Source: a bacterium (lineage in GTDB: Bacteria > UBA8248). Taken from it: a stretch of DNA of 64,000 bases. Both the position numbers and the translations under genes were made by a program. The stretch is taken from assembly GCA_965200245.1 (NCBI GenBank), contig CBDATS010000015.1, forward strand, positions 256,001 through 320,000, given 5' to 3'. The notes below the pieces were generated by a model that was not told the origin of the DNA, did not search any database, and saw only the letters and a list, made by a program, of their open reading frames with translations. Shown one piece after another: positions 31,652 to 41,220 of the stretch; positions within the stretch are counted from its first letter, which is position 1; each line of letters opens with the position of its first letter.

Positions 31652-33007
31652 GTGACACGAAAGCCAAAACACCATAGATCCCTGAAAAGAGATGCGCGCG
31701 CTATCTTCCGGGCCGGGCTGGACGCAGTTCATGCGGGTGAAGCGGTTTACCGCTACACAAAAATCGAAAAGATGCGAGAACAGGAATTTTTTGTTTTCAA
31801 TAAGCAAAGAATATCTCTCGATAAAACAGGGCGAATTCTCGTTTTGGGAGCGGGAAAAGCAAGTTTTCAGATGGCGCGCGCGGTGGAGCGACGAATTGGA
31901 AACCGGATTGATGGTGGAGTCATTGTTACCCCATATGGTCATGCAGGAAGATGCAGACACATCGAAGTTCTGGAAGCATCCCATCCCGTTCCTGACATTT
32001 CAGGCTTGAAAGCCTCCCGCAAAATCGAAGAATATGCTTCAGGCGCCTGTCGAGAGGATTTAGTTATTTTCCTTCTTTCCGGTGGAGGCTCAGCCCTTAT
32101 GCCCTCACCTGCATCTGGAGTTTCTCTGGAAGACAAACAATGCGTCACGAATTCTCTCCTGAAAGCAGGCGCTCCTATTGATGTCCTCAATTGTGTTCGA
32201 AAACACCTGTCCGATCTGAAAGGCGGGAACCTGGCACGAAAAGTCTTCCCCGCCCGCATGATCGTTCTTCTCGTTTCCGACGTGATTGGCGACCCTCTTG
32301 ACGTAATCGCTTCGGGTCCCGCCACCGGTGATTCAACCACGTTCGTTCAAGCGAAAGCGTATTTGCAGCGTTACGGCGTTTTTCAAAAAATGCCTGAAAC
32401 AGTCAGAAACAGGATTGAAGCCGGTTCGAGAGGTGATATCCCGGATACCCCTCTTCCCGGTAACAAGGTTTTCAGACGTGTGAGCCACCATATCGTAGCG
32501 AATAACAAAATCGCTCTTAAAGCATCATATGATAAAGCAAAATCAATGGGTTACAGTGTTAATGTGCAAACCGATTCCCTGAGTGGTAAAGCCAATGAGG
32601 TGGGTAAATCGCTCGCGCAAGATGCCAAGAGGGTTTTTGGAGATCCACACTCAAAAAATTCGCCCAAGTGTTTGCTCTATGGCGGCGAAACAACTGTGAG
32701 AGTCCTGGGAGATGGCCTGGGAGGGAGGTGCCAGGAACTTGCTCTTTCATTCGCTATTGAAATTCAAGGCCACCCAAACGTCTGTCTATTGGCCGCAGGC
32801 ACGGACGGAAGAGACGGACCCACAGATGCGGCTGGAGCAATCGTGGATGGTAGAACTGCGAAAACGTCGGAAAAACAAGGCCTTGACCCAAATGCGTATT
32901 TGCGCAATAATGACAGTTACAATTTTTTCCGTCTGCGGCGCGCGTCTTTAAACAGCGGACCGACAGGAACCAATGTAATGGATTTGGTGATTATGTTGGT
33001 GAATTAA
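31652..33007 (+). CDS. Glycerate 2-kinase (TtuD/MOFRL family)
   Basis: GAGKAS, ASHPVPD, LSGGGSAL, RKHLS..KGG, IASGP, GGETTV, GGRCQE, GTDGRDGPT, GPTGTNVMD. Confidence 0.92.
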   Translation: MTRKPKHHRSLKRDARAIFRAGLDAVHAGEAVYRYTKIEKMREQEFFVFNKQRISLDKTGRILVLGAGKASFQMARAVERRIGNRIDGGVIVTPYGHAGRCRHIEVLEASHPVPDISGLKASRKIEEYASGACREDLVIFLLSGGGSALMPSPASGVSLEDKQCVTNSLLKAGAPIDVLNCVRKHLSDLKGGNLARKVFPARMIVLLVSDVIGDPLDVIASGPATGDSTTFVQAKAYLQRYGVFQKMPETVRNRIEAGSRGDIPDTPLPGNKVFRRVSHHIVANNKIALKASYDKAKSMGYSVNVQTDSLSGKANEVGKSLAQDAKRVFGDPHSKNSPKCLLYGGETTVRVLGDGLGGRCQELALSFAIEIQGHPNVCLLAAGTDGRDGPTDAAGAIVDGRTAKTSEKQGLDPNAYLRNNDSYNFFRLRRASLNSGPTGTNVMDLVIMLVN

Positions 33008-33078
33008 AGGAAGCGCACAACTTACGGCGGTTATCCGTGATTCCGCGGGTCGCCCAATCGCCGTAAAATCCACAGGAC

Positions 33079-33828
33079 ATGATAATGAGATGTATTCAAG
33101 TGGCTATTTTCGCCATTTTGGCGATCTTGTTGGCCATGCAACAGCCTTTCCCTGTGTCCGCACAGCAGGAAAAAGTAGTCGCGACGGACTTTGTCTTGGG
33201 CCCGGACGCGAAATACTCCAAGCAATTCCCGAAAGGTTGGGTGCTAAAGGTATGGAGTGGAACACCGGACGTAAAATTGATTCAGGACGAGAACCCGGGT
33301 GCGGGAGTTCTTCGAATGCGAAGCGAAAAGGCTTCTGTTTCGATTCATCGTGAATTGAAGCTGGACCTCAAGAAATTCCCGCTTCTCTCATGGAAATGGA
33401 AAGTGACGAAACTGCCGGAAGGCGCGGATGCCAGGAAGATTGAGTCAGACGACCAGGCGGCCGGCGTTTATGTTGTATTTCCCCGGTTCCCCAGTATTCT
33501 CAACAGCCAATTCATCGGTTATGTTTGGGAAACAAGCGTTCCGGAGGGCACAATCCTGAAAAGCCGCAAGAATCCAATGGTCCATTATATTGTCGTCAGA
33601 AGCGGGATGGACCATCTCGGCAAGTGGATTACAGAAAGGCGAAACGTTATGGACGATTATCGAAGCGTGTTCGGCTCAGAGGCGCCAAAAGTCGGCGGCA
33701 TTGCGTTGATGATCGATACGGACGATACGTTTTCAGATGCAGAGAGTTTTTTTGCACAGGTCGAATTCAAAAGGGATGCCACCGGCATTCCATCACATGC
33801 TGATGAATTGACCGCTTCACTGCAGTAG
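33079..33828 (+). CDS. Secreted DUF3047-family protein
   Basis: Signal peptide; LSWKWKV, DDQAAGVYV, YVW, WITERRNV.DDY..FG, IALMIDTDDT. Confidence 0.8.
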   Translation: MIMRCIQVAIFAILAILLAMQQPFPVSAQQEKVVATDFVLGPDAKYSKQFPKGWVLKVWSGTPDVKLIQDENPGAGVLRMRSEKASVSIHRELKLDLKKFPLLSWKWKVTKLPEGADARKIESDDQAAGVYVVFPRFPSILNSQFIGYVWETSVPEGTILKSRKNPMVHYIVVRSGMDHLGKWITERRNVMDDYRSVFGSEAPKVGGIALMIDTDDTFSDAESFFAQVEFKRDATGIPSHADELTASLQ

Positions 33829-33946
33829 TCGGTCCTTAAGTTCGACCTGCATTAATGACGGCTGTATTTGCACCAAGCCTTCTCCTTGTTAAAATTCCTG
33901 TCCAGTTTCTGGCGAAAATGATTCCACTCGACCGAGGTTTTGACTC

Positions 33947-34879
33947 TTGCCCGGCTCTGAAATCTATGTTGGTTTTGATCTCGGGGGCTCTTTTCTTAAG
34001 GCGTCGTCTTTCGGTCTGGATACGCAGTTACTAGAACGCCTTTCCCTGGATACAAAACACTGTTTGAAGACGCAAGATTATCTCGATTTATTCAAAGAAG
34101 CGGCGACAATCCTTTCTTCAAATAAACGCCTCCATGGAATCGGTATAGCCGTTGCGGGTGTTCTGGATTCGGATGCCGGCGTGATTGTCGAGTCCCCAAA
34201 TCTGCCCGCTCTTAGTGGAATTCCGCTATTGGGAATGTTGGAAGATGATTTCTCTCCTGCCGTAGTCAATATGATGAACGATGCAAATGCCGCTGCTCTG
34301 GGAGAATATTTTGCCGGGGCGGGTAAGGGGCATGAGAGCATGTTTATTGTCACGTTGGGTACGGGCGTGGGCGGAAGTTTCATTCAAAATGGGGAGGTCT
34401 GGGGGGGCGCGTCTGGAATGGCGGGGGAAATCGGCCATGTAATCATTGAGAAAAACGGCAAGTCATGTACGTGCGGGTCCCGGGGATGTCTGGAAGCCTA
34501 CTTCTCGGGCTGGTCCTTGGAGCGGGAGGCGCGAGCACATGCGGAAAAATATCCGGACTCTGCCATCGCGTCAACCTCTCACATTTCTCCCCGTGTCTTG
34601 GCAGAGTTGGCCGCTACCGACGACCAAGCATCAAAATCCATATGGAAAACCGGTGGTGGTGCGCTCGGAGTTGGAATCGCCAATATCATAAATTTGCTGA
34701 ATCCGGAATGTATTGTTCTCGCAGGAGGATTGGTGAACGCCAAAGAGTATTTCCTGCCGGCTGCCCAAAAGTCCTGGGAGAAGAATTCTTTCGAACAAGC
34801 GCAAAATTCATCGAAAGTTCTTGTGGGGAAATTAGGCGTATGGGCGGGGGTACGGGGTTCCATTCAACCTTTTTTGTAA
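33947..34879 (+). CDS. ROK-family sugar kinase (glucokinase-like)
   Basis: DLGGS, NDANAAALGE, TLGTGVGG, GEIGH, CTCGSRGCLE. Confidence 0.92.
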   Translation: MPGSEIYVGFDLGGSFLKASSFGLDTQLLERLSLDTKHCLKTQDYLDLFKEAATILSSNKRLHGIGIAVAGVLDSDAGVIVESPNLPALSGIPLLGMLEDDFSPAVVNMMNDANAAALGEYFAGAGKGHESMFIVTLGTGVGGSFIQNGEVWGGASGMAGEIGHVIIEKNGKSCTCGSRGCLEAYFSGWSLEREARAHAEKYPDSAIASTSHISPRVLAELAATDDQASKSIWKTGGGALGVGIANIINLLNPECIVLAGGLVNAKEYFLPAAQKSWEKNSFEQAQNSSKVLVGKLGVWAGVRGSIQPFL

Positions 34880-35081
34880 AAATAAGCTGTAAGAATTATA
34901 CGTTCCGGGATCAGAAAAACATGAGTAAAACTGTTTTGCATGAGCGCTCTCCATACCGATTTCATTTCAAAAGCCATTCACCAAGCGAATAATTCGCAAG
35001 ACTGATTTCCCCGCGAGCATACTCCCTCTTCTTATCACAAAGTTCGTTTTTAAATTTCCCTGAAAAAATTTCGCTGCTGCC

Positions 35082-35109
35082 TTGACATGGATATATAGTC
35101 ATCTATAAA
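35082..35109 (+). promoter_or_regulatory. Sigma70 promoter of the DtxR-like gene
   Basis: TTGACA-N16-TATAAA. Confidence 0.55.
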
Positions 35110-35114
35110 CTTGG

Positions 35115-35133
35115 TTAAGTTGAATTAACTTAT
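35115..35133. promoter_or_regulatory. DtxR-type operator palindrome
   Basis: TTAAGTT-GAATT-AACTTAT has the same 19-bp architecture as the DtxR box TTAGGTT-AGCCT-AACCTAA and lies just downstream of the -10. Confidence 0.7.
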
Positions 35134-35180
35134 ATATACGAACCAAACAAAATGATCTGTTCTAAAAAAGGAACTCCACC

Positions 35181-35705
35181 ATGGCTCGACAGCATTCCAG
35201 TGGTTCACTCTCGCCTAGCCAGGAGCACTACCTCCGCGCCATATTCGATTTTCAGGAAAGCAAAGGTTACGCACGCGTGACGGATATCGCCGCCATGTTA
35301 GGAGTGGCGAAACCGGCCGTTTCGGCTGCTGTAAAAACACTGCGCTCGAACGGGCTCGTATCACATCGTGTCTACGAAAGCATTCTCTTGACGGAAGAAG
35401 GCGCAAAACGGGCAAAGGGCGTATCTGGCAAGTTCTCTATTTTGATGCATTTCCTCACGGACATTTTGGGGGTGGAGGAAAAGCAAGCCTTTGTCGACGC
35501 ATGCATCATGGAACACTACGTTAGCGGAAATTCCATCGACAGATTTCTCGATCTGCTGCGGTTTTTCGAGGAGGCTGGCAATCAAGAAATATTGGATAAA
35601 TTCCATCAGTTTCGACGTTCGTGTGAGAGTGTCGATACATGTCCGACATGTTCTTACCATTGCGATATCAGTGTCATTGATTTCGACGATATGACGAAAA
35701 AATGA
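35181..35705 (+). CDS. DtxR/MntR-family metal-dependent regulator with Cys-rich tail
   Basis: EHYLRAI, ARVTDIA..LGVAKPAVS, LTEEG, FLTDILGV, DACIMEH; tail CESVDTCPTCSYHC. Confidence 0.9.
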   Translation: MARQHSSGSLSPSQEHYLRAIFDFQESKGYARVTDIAAMLGVAKPAVSAAVKTLRSNGLVSHRVYESILLTEEGAKRAKGVSGKFSILMHFLTDILGVEEKQAFVDACIMEHYVSGNSIDRFLDLLRFFEEAGNQEILDKFHQFRRSCESVDTCPTCSYHCDISVIDFDDMTKK

Positions 35706-35825
35706 AGCAACTGGAACGACTGAATCGATTTCCAAGTCTCGAAGGTTTTTTCCATGCGGTTCCCAATGAGTCGCATCACTCAAACAGGTCATATGGCTGA
35801 CATCCATACACGGGAGGTAGAACGT

Positions 35826-36896
35826 ATGTTTGCGGTACGAAAAATAGCAAAGTTTGCATGGTTGTACGTTGGAGTTGCCATATTAGTCCTGCTGACTTCT
35901 CTGGTTTTAGGCAGGACTACAGCAAGCGCCGAAGAAGTTGTGAACCTCTACTCTTACCGGCAGCCTTTTCTCATCAAGCCGATTCTGAAAGCGTTCACTG
36001 AAAAAACAGGCATTGTGACCAATATCGTTTTTTCGAAAAAAGGCATGCTGGAGAAGATCAAAGCGACGCCGGGAGCAGCAGATGCAGTATTAACAGTGGA
36101 TATCGGGCGTCTGCACGATATGGATGAGGCCGGATTGCTACAGCCTGTTCAGTCGAAAGTATTGGAACAGAATATCCCCTCTTCCTATCGCCACCCCAAG
36201 GGCCATTGGTTTGGTCTCACGCTGCGTGGGCGTGTTATTTATGCCAGCAAAAAGCGCGTAAAACCAGGTGCCATTACCCGCTATGAGGATTTGGCCGACC
36301 CGAAGTGGAAGGGCAAAATTTGCACGCGTTCAGGAAAACATGTCTACAATGTATCTCTGTTTGCTTCTATCGTTGTCCATTCGGGCGAAGCGAAAGCCAG
36401 GAAATGGTTGATGGGCCTCAAATCCAACCTCGCCCGCAAGCCTAGCGGCAACGACCGCGCGCAAGCGAAAGCCATTTATGCAGGAGAATGCGACCTCGCC
36501 CTGGCCAATACCTACTATATGGCGAAAATGGCGACAAACAAGAAAAAGAAAGCTCAAAGAGAATGGGCGAAAGCAGTTTACATCGTATTTCCCAACCAAA
36601 AGGATAGAGGGGCGCACGTCAACATCAGCGGTGCTGCCATAACCAAGCATGCGAAAAACCGGAAAAACGCGGTTCGTCTCATCGAGTTTTTGAGTGGCGA
36701 ATACGCACAAAAACTCTACGCCGATCAGAATTATGAATACCCGTTGAAAAAAGGCGTGAAGACTCACCCACTCGTTGGTTCATGGGGAAAATTCAAAGCC
36801 GACACCATCAATCTGGCCGAGGTGGCGAGTAAGCGATCTGTTGCCTCCAAGCTGGTAGACCAAGTTGATTACAATAATTTCAGCCCCAGCAATTAA
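35826..36896 (+). CDS. Fe(III) ABC transporter substrate-binding protein (FutA/FbpA)
   Basis: VNLYSYRQ, TVDIGRL, WFGLTLRGR, GNDRAQ, ANTYY, HVNISG. Confidence 0.92.
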   Translation: MFAVRKIAKFAWLYVGVAILVLLTSLVLGRTTASAEEVVNLYSYRQPFLIKPILKAFTEKTGIVTNIVFSKKGMLEKIKATPGAADAVLTVDIGRLHDMDEAGLLQPVQSKVLEQNIPSSYRHPKGHWFGLTLRGRVIYASKKRVKPGAITRYEDLADPKWKGKICTRSGKHVYNVSLFASIVVHSGEAKARKWLMGLKSNLARKPSGNDRAQAKAIYAGECDLALANTYYMAKMATNKKKKAQREWAKAVYIVFPNQKDRGAHVNISGAAITKHAKNRKNAVRLIEFLSGEYAQKLYADQNYEYPLKKGVKTHPLVGSWGKFKADTINLAEVASKRSVASKLVDQVDYNNFSPSN

Positions 36897-36909
36897 CAGG
36901 TAGTATCAG

Positions 36910-36960
36910 GGCCACAAAAGTCTTATTATCCCCATTGCGGATTTAGGGGCTTTTGTGGTC
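36910..36960 (+). terminator. Intercistronic stem-loop after the substrate-binding gene
   Basis: GGCCACAAAAGTC...GGCTTTTGTGGTC inverted repeat. Confidence 0.55.
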
Positions 36961-37022
36961 TTGGTATATGGTTAGATTCTGAAGCGTGATTTCTTTCAGG
37001 TGAGTCTCTTAACAGGGATGGA

Positions 37023-38714
37023 ATGAGTGCGAGTGCTGGGTCCAAAACAGAAGCCTTCCCCAGGCGCTATCCCAAAAGGTTTCAACTGGATTTCTGGACA
37101 AGCGGAACACTTCTGCTCGCACTCTTCATAGCGGCTCCTCTTCTGGCAGTAAGTATTTTCGCCATTCAACCAAGTGACGACATCTGGCATCACCTGCTTA
37201 CGACAGTCCTGTCAAGATATGTGATTACCACTCTCGGCTTGATGATGGGAGTGGGCATGGGCACCTTGCTCATAGGAACTGGCGCCGCATGGTTGGTGAC
37301 TCTTTGCCGATTCCCGGGGAGACGTATTCTTGAGTGGGCACTGCTCTTGCCCATGGCAATGCCAACATATGTCGTGGCCTATGTGTACACCGATGTTTTT
37401 GAATTTTCGGGCCCGGTTCAGACCCTGTTGCGCAACATCTGTGGGTGGGAATCGCGTCGAGACTACTGGTTTCCGGAAATTCGCACCCTTGGCGGCGCAA
37501 TTTTCGTCATGACGCTCACACTTTATCCGTATGTTTACCTGCTCGCGCGCGTCGCTTTTGTTCAACAATCGGTTTGCATATTGGAGGTGAGTAGAACGCT
37601 AGGCAAAACCGTGTGGCAAAGCTTCTTTTCCATTGCCCTGCCTTCAGCACGCCCATCCATTATCATTGGTGTCAGTCTGGTTCTGATGGAAGCATTGAAT
37701 GACTTTGGAACGGTTGATTTTTTCTCTGTGGAAACTCTCACAGCCGGAATCTTCGACGTGTGGCTTAATATGAACAACCTCTCAGGCGCTGCTCAAATTG
37801 CCGTTGTTTCTTTATGTTTTGTCCTGCTTCTTTTGTGGGCGGAAAAAAAATCACGGACTAACCAAAGATATTTCAATACTTCCACAAAATATCAAGCTCT
37901 CCCAAGTTACCAACTGCGAGGCGTAAAGATGTTGGGCGCTTTGAGCCTGTGTCTTTTCCCCGTAGGATTCGGCTTCATTCTGCCGTCATCCGTTTTGGGC
38001 TTTTATGCCTGGAACTATTATGAGGAAAGTATTTCGCGTGATTTTTATTCCATTCTTTGCAATAGCCTGGTTTTATCGACACTCAGTGCGTTCCTGTCAG
38101 TGTCTGCAGGTATTTTTCTGGCGTATGGCGTCCGTATGAAGGACTGCAAGTTGCTCAAGTTGACCGCCAGGTTCGCGAGTGTTGGATATGCTGTCCCCGG
38201 TGCAGTTCTCGCCGTCGGCGTCCTGATTCCGATGGGCAAAATAGATGTAGCCATCCAAGGTTTTCTGAATAATATTTTTGGTATCTCCACAGGTCTGCTA
38301 TTGAGCGGCACAATCGCAGCTGTCAGTTATGGATACTTAACCCGTTTCCTGGCGCTTTCTTACGGCACGATGGAAGCAAGTCTTATGAGAATTACGCCCA
38401 ACATGGATGGTGCCGCACGAACGCTTGGCCTGGGGCCCGGCAGGACGCTCAAGCGAGTGCATTTGCCAATGATCCGGGGTGGTTTGTTGGCAGCAGCTAT
38501 ACTGGTGTTTGTTGATACGATGAAAGAACTTCCCATGACAATCATATTGCGTCCTTTTAATTTTGAAACTCTGGCCACGCATGTTCACCAATTGGCTACT
38601 GATGAACTATTGGAAGAAAGTGCTCTTGGCTCTTTGAGCATTGTTGTAGCAGGTTTATTGCCCGTTATTTATTTAAGCCGTACTATCCGGGGAGCGCGCC
38701 CCGGCGCAGGATAG
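37023..38714 (+). CDS. Fe(III) ABC permease (FbpB/FutB)
   Basis: Duplicated permease; LYPYVYLLAR, DFGTV, GYAVPG, MKELP. Confidence 0.92.
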   Translation: MSASAGSKTEAFPRRYPKRFQLDFWTSGTLLLALFIAAPLLAVSIFAIQPSDDIWHHLLTTVLSRYVITTLGLMMGVGMGTLLIGTGAAWLVTLCRFPGRRILEWALLLPMAMPTYVVAYVYTDVFEFSGPVQTLLRNICGWESRRDYWFPEIRTLGGAIFVMTLTLYPYVYLLARVAFVQQSVCILEVSRTLGKTVWQSFFSIALPSARPSIIIGVSLVLMEALNDFGTVDFFSVETLTAGIFDVWLNMNNLSGAAQIAVVSLCFVLLLLWAEKKSRTNQRYFNTSTKYQALPSYQLRGVKMLGALSLCLFPVGFGFILPSSVLGFYAWNYYEESISRDFYSILCNSLVLSTLSAFLSVSAGIFLAYGVRMKDCKLLKLTARFASVGYAVPGAVLAVGVLIPMGKIDVAIQGFLNNIFGISTGLLLSGTIAAVSYGYLTRFLALSYGTMEASLMRITPNMDGAARTLGLGPGRTLKRVHLPMIRGGLLAAAILVFVDTMKELPMTIILRPFNFETLATHVHQLATDELLEESALGSLSIVVAGLLPVIYLSRTIRGARPGAG

Positions 38715-38731
38715 TGAGGGTCACGCTCTAA

Positions 38732-39805
38732 ATGGCCAGGCTCGATATTGAAAACATATCGCATTCATATGGAACCAAAGAAGTCATCGAGGATTTGTCC
38801 TTGACTGTCGAAGAAGGTCAGGTTGCATGTCTGTTGGGACCTTCCGGGTGCGGCAAGACGACATTGTTGCGTTTGGTGGCCGGGCTCACTTCGCTGCAAG
38901 TTGGAAGAATTTGCCTGGATGAAATTGCTGTGGCGGATCCCGAATGTCGAATCGAGATGCCGACAGAAACAAGAAACGTGGGATTCATGTTTCAGGATTA
39001 TGCCCTGTTCCCTCACCTGGATGTTTTGCAGAACATCACTTTCGGGCTCAAGAATCCCTCATCGGAAAAATTGGCTGAAATACAAAGATCCATGATCCAG
39101 ATGGATATTGTAGAACTGACAGATGCATATCCTCATACCCTATCTGGAGGACAGCAACAGCGCGTTGCCTTGCTTCGGGCATTGGCACCTCTGCCCAGGC
39201 TTCTGCTTTTGGATGAACCATTTTCCGGACTTGACATCAACCTGCGAGTCCAAGTCCGTGAAGATACACTGAGGCTGATCAACCAAATGGGCGTCACCAC
39301 ATTAATGGTTACACACGACCCGCAGGAAGCGATGTATATGGCCGACCACATCTTGGTCATGAGAAACGGCAAAGTCGAGCAAAACGGATCACCCCGCGAG
39401 ATATATCAATTCCCCGCTACGGAATTCGCTGCTCGTTTTGTCGGACAGACAAATATATTGCGGGGCATCATTTTATCGAACAGTTATGATGAGGTGATGA
39501 CGAATATTGGGCCCGTACCATGTCTTTCCATGCGTGGACTCGAATTCGGCACAGATGCCTTTATCTCCATTAGGCCCGAGAGCTTTGAAGTTGACCCCGC
39601 CGGTCCCTTTTGGGGGAAAATCTGTGCAATCCGCTATATGGGACAATCAATTTTGCTGGAAGTCGAAATAATCGATGAAATTGGCAAGGGCCACCGGTTG
39701 AAAATGCGTGTGCATCCCAACTTGAGGGTAGATGTCGGTGAGGAAATCAAGTTTCGCATCATGCCGGATTTCGTGACCGTAATCGAAGACCCTCTCGACG
39801 GTTAA
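38732..39805 (+). CDS. Fe(III) ABC ATP-binding protein (FbpC)
   Basis: GPSGCGKTT, FQDYALFPH, LSGGQQQRVAL, LLDEPF, TOBE-like tail. Confidence 0.92.
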   Translation: MARLDIENISHSYGTKEVIEDLSLTVEEGQVACLLGPSGCGKTTLLRLVAGLTSLQVGRICLDEIAVADPECRIEMPTETRNVGFMFQDYALFPHLDVLQNITFGLKNPSSEKLAEIQRSMIQMDIVELTDAYPHTLSGGQQQRVALLRALAPLPRLLLLDEPFSGLDINLRVQVREDTLRLINQMGVTTLMVTHDPQEAMYMADHILVMRNGKVEQNGSPREIYQFPATEFAARFVGQTNILRGIILSNSYDEVMTNIGPVPCLSMRGLEFGTDAFISIRPESFEVDPAGPFWGKICAIRYMGQSILLEVEIIDEIGKGHRLKMRVHPNLRVDVGEEIKFRIMPDFVTVIEDPLDG

Positions 39806-40104
39806 CCGTCTTTCCAGGCAATTCATCCATTTCATTTGCGTTCTCAAAATCTTCAAAAACAATTTCCACCGATTTCCCCTTTGCTGCTTCCCTGGACGAG
39901 ATATCCAGTCACAATGGATGTATTTCAGGGTGCAGTGAAGGACACTCTGGTTGCGAAAGTTGACAGGAGATCGAAATGGAGAAAACAAGATGCCAGCAAG
40001 GAAGCATTGAACAGGACATGGAAATTGGCAAGAAAAGGGGCTGACTGTGGTTGAAAACAGAAGTCGATCAATATTTTGCGGAATTCCGTATGGAAATCCG
40101 ACAA

Positions 40105-41121
40105 TTACTTGACCCCTTCCCGAACTATTGGGAACACCTGCTCGGCCAACATTTGCATCGTTTCCAGAACAAGCGATTGTGGCATGCCCGGCCATTGAAT
40201 GCTCATGATGATGTGATTGATCCCGAGTTCCGCCAGTTCCAGCATTTTTTCCGCCACTTCATCCGGGGAACCAAGAATAAACCTTTCCTGCAACAGATCC
40301 TCAAACTGTTGACCCAAGTCGTCGTCCCCTTCGGGCATGGCCTTGTCTTGGCCCCAGCGATGGTATTCACGATATTTTATTTCCAGATAGGGCTTGCTGA
40401 GTCGGATTGCCTCCGCACGGTCTTTTGCAACGAATACCTCGCGGCGCATCGGAAATTCTGCAGGAAAAGGTTTGCCGAGCTCTTCCAGCGTCCGGCGGTA
40501 AAGCTCGATTTGACGCTTTGTAGTGTCGAGGCGATTGTGCGGGTTTACGTAATAGCAGTCCCCCAACCTGGCTGCACGTCGAATGCCGGCATCGCTGTTC
40601 GCTCCAATCCAGATGGGAGGATGCGGTTTCTGAATCGGCTTCAAAGGACAGGATGCCTCAACTAACTCGAAGTGAGAGCCTTTCATCGATATTTTCTCTT
40701 CCGACCAAAGTCGCTTGATGGCCTCCAGATTCTCCTCAAGTCGTTTGACCCTTTCTTTTTGTGTTGTGCCAAATCCCTTGAATTCTACCTCTCGATACCC
40801 TAGCCCTGCACCGAATATGAGTTTGCCGTTCGACATTACGTCAATGGTCGCCAACTGCTCGGCCATATCCATAGGTTTATGGAGAGACAAGAGTACGATG
40901 CCAGCATTTAGACGCAATTTGGGAGCCTCTGCATTGATCCGGGCCAAAAAAGGCAGTTGCTGGAAATCCTGAAGTGGATATGCGCTATAGTGATTCCCTT
41001 TCGTAATTGAAACGAAACCCAACTCTTCCGCCTTTCTGGCCTGCTCAAGCAGTTCCTGAAAACGGAACTGCATATTGTCTTCGAGCGTGAATTGCCCCCT
41101 TAGCATAACTCCAAATTGCAT
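40105..41121 (-). CDS. LLM-class flavin-dependent oxidoreductase
   Basis: AEQLATIDVMSNGKL..G.GLGYR..EF, PKP-like KPIQKPHPPIWIG, RAARLGD, GSPDEV. Confidence 0.9.
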   Translation of the reverse strand: MQFGVMLRGQFTLEDNMQFRFQELLEQARKAEELGFVSITKGNHYSAYPLQDFQQLPFLARINAEAPKLRLNAGIVLLSLHKPMDMAEQLATIDVMSNGKLIFGAGLGYREVEFKGFGTTQKERVKRLEENLEAIKRLWSEEKISMKGSHFELVEASCPLKPIQKPHPPIWIGANSDAGIRRAARLGDCYYVNPHNRLDTTKRQIELYRRTLEELGKPFPAEFPMRREVFVAKDRAEAIRLSKPYLEIKYREYHRWGQDKAMPEGDDDLGQQFEDLLQERFILGSPDEVAEKMLELAELGINHIIMSIQWPGMPQSLVLETMQMLAEQVFPIVREGVK

Positions 41122-41220
41122 TTTTATCCCTTCGATTTCAGAAAAGTCATTTTGTCCTATACAAGTAGGCAAGTAGGTGAGACTTTAGAGACGCCTTCGC
41201 GGAAACGGATTTGACGAATA

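Noticed and set aside
39806-40104. Possible small gene between fbpC and the LLM gene
   Set aside because: No convincing start, RBS or motif in any frame
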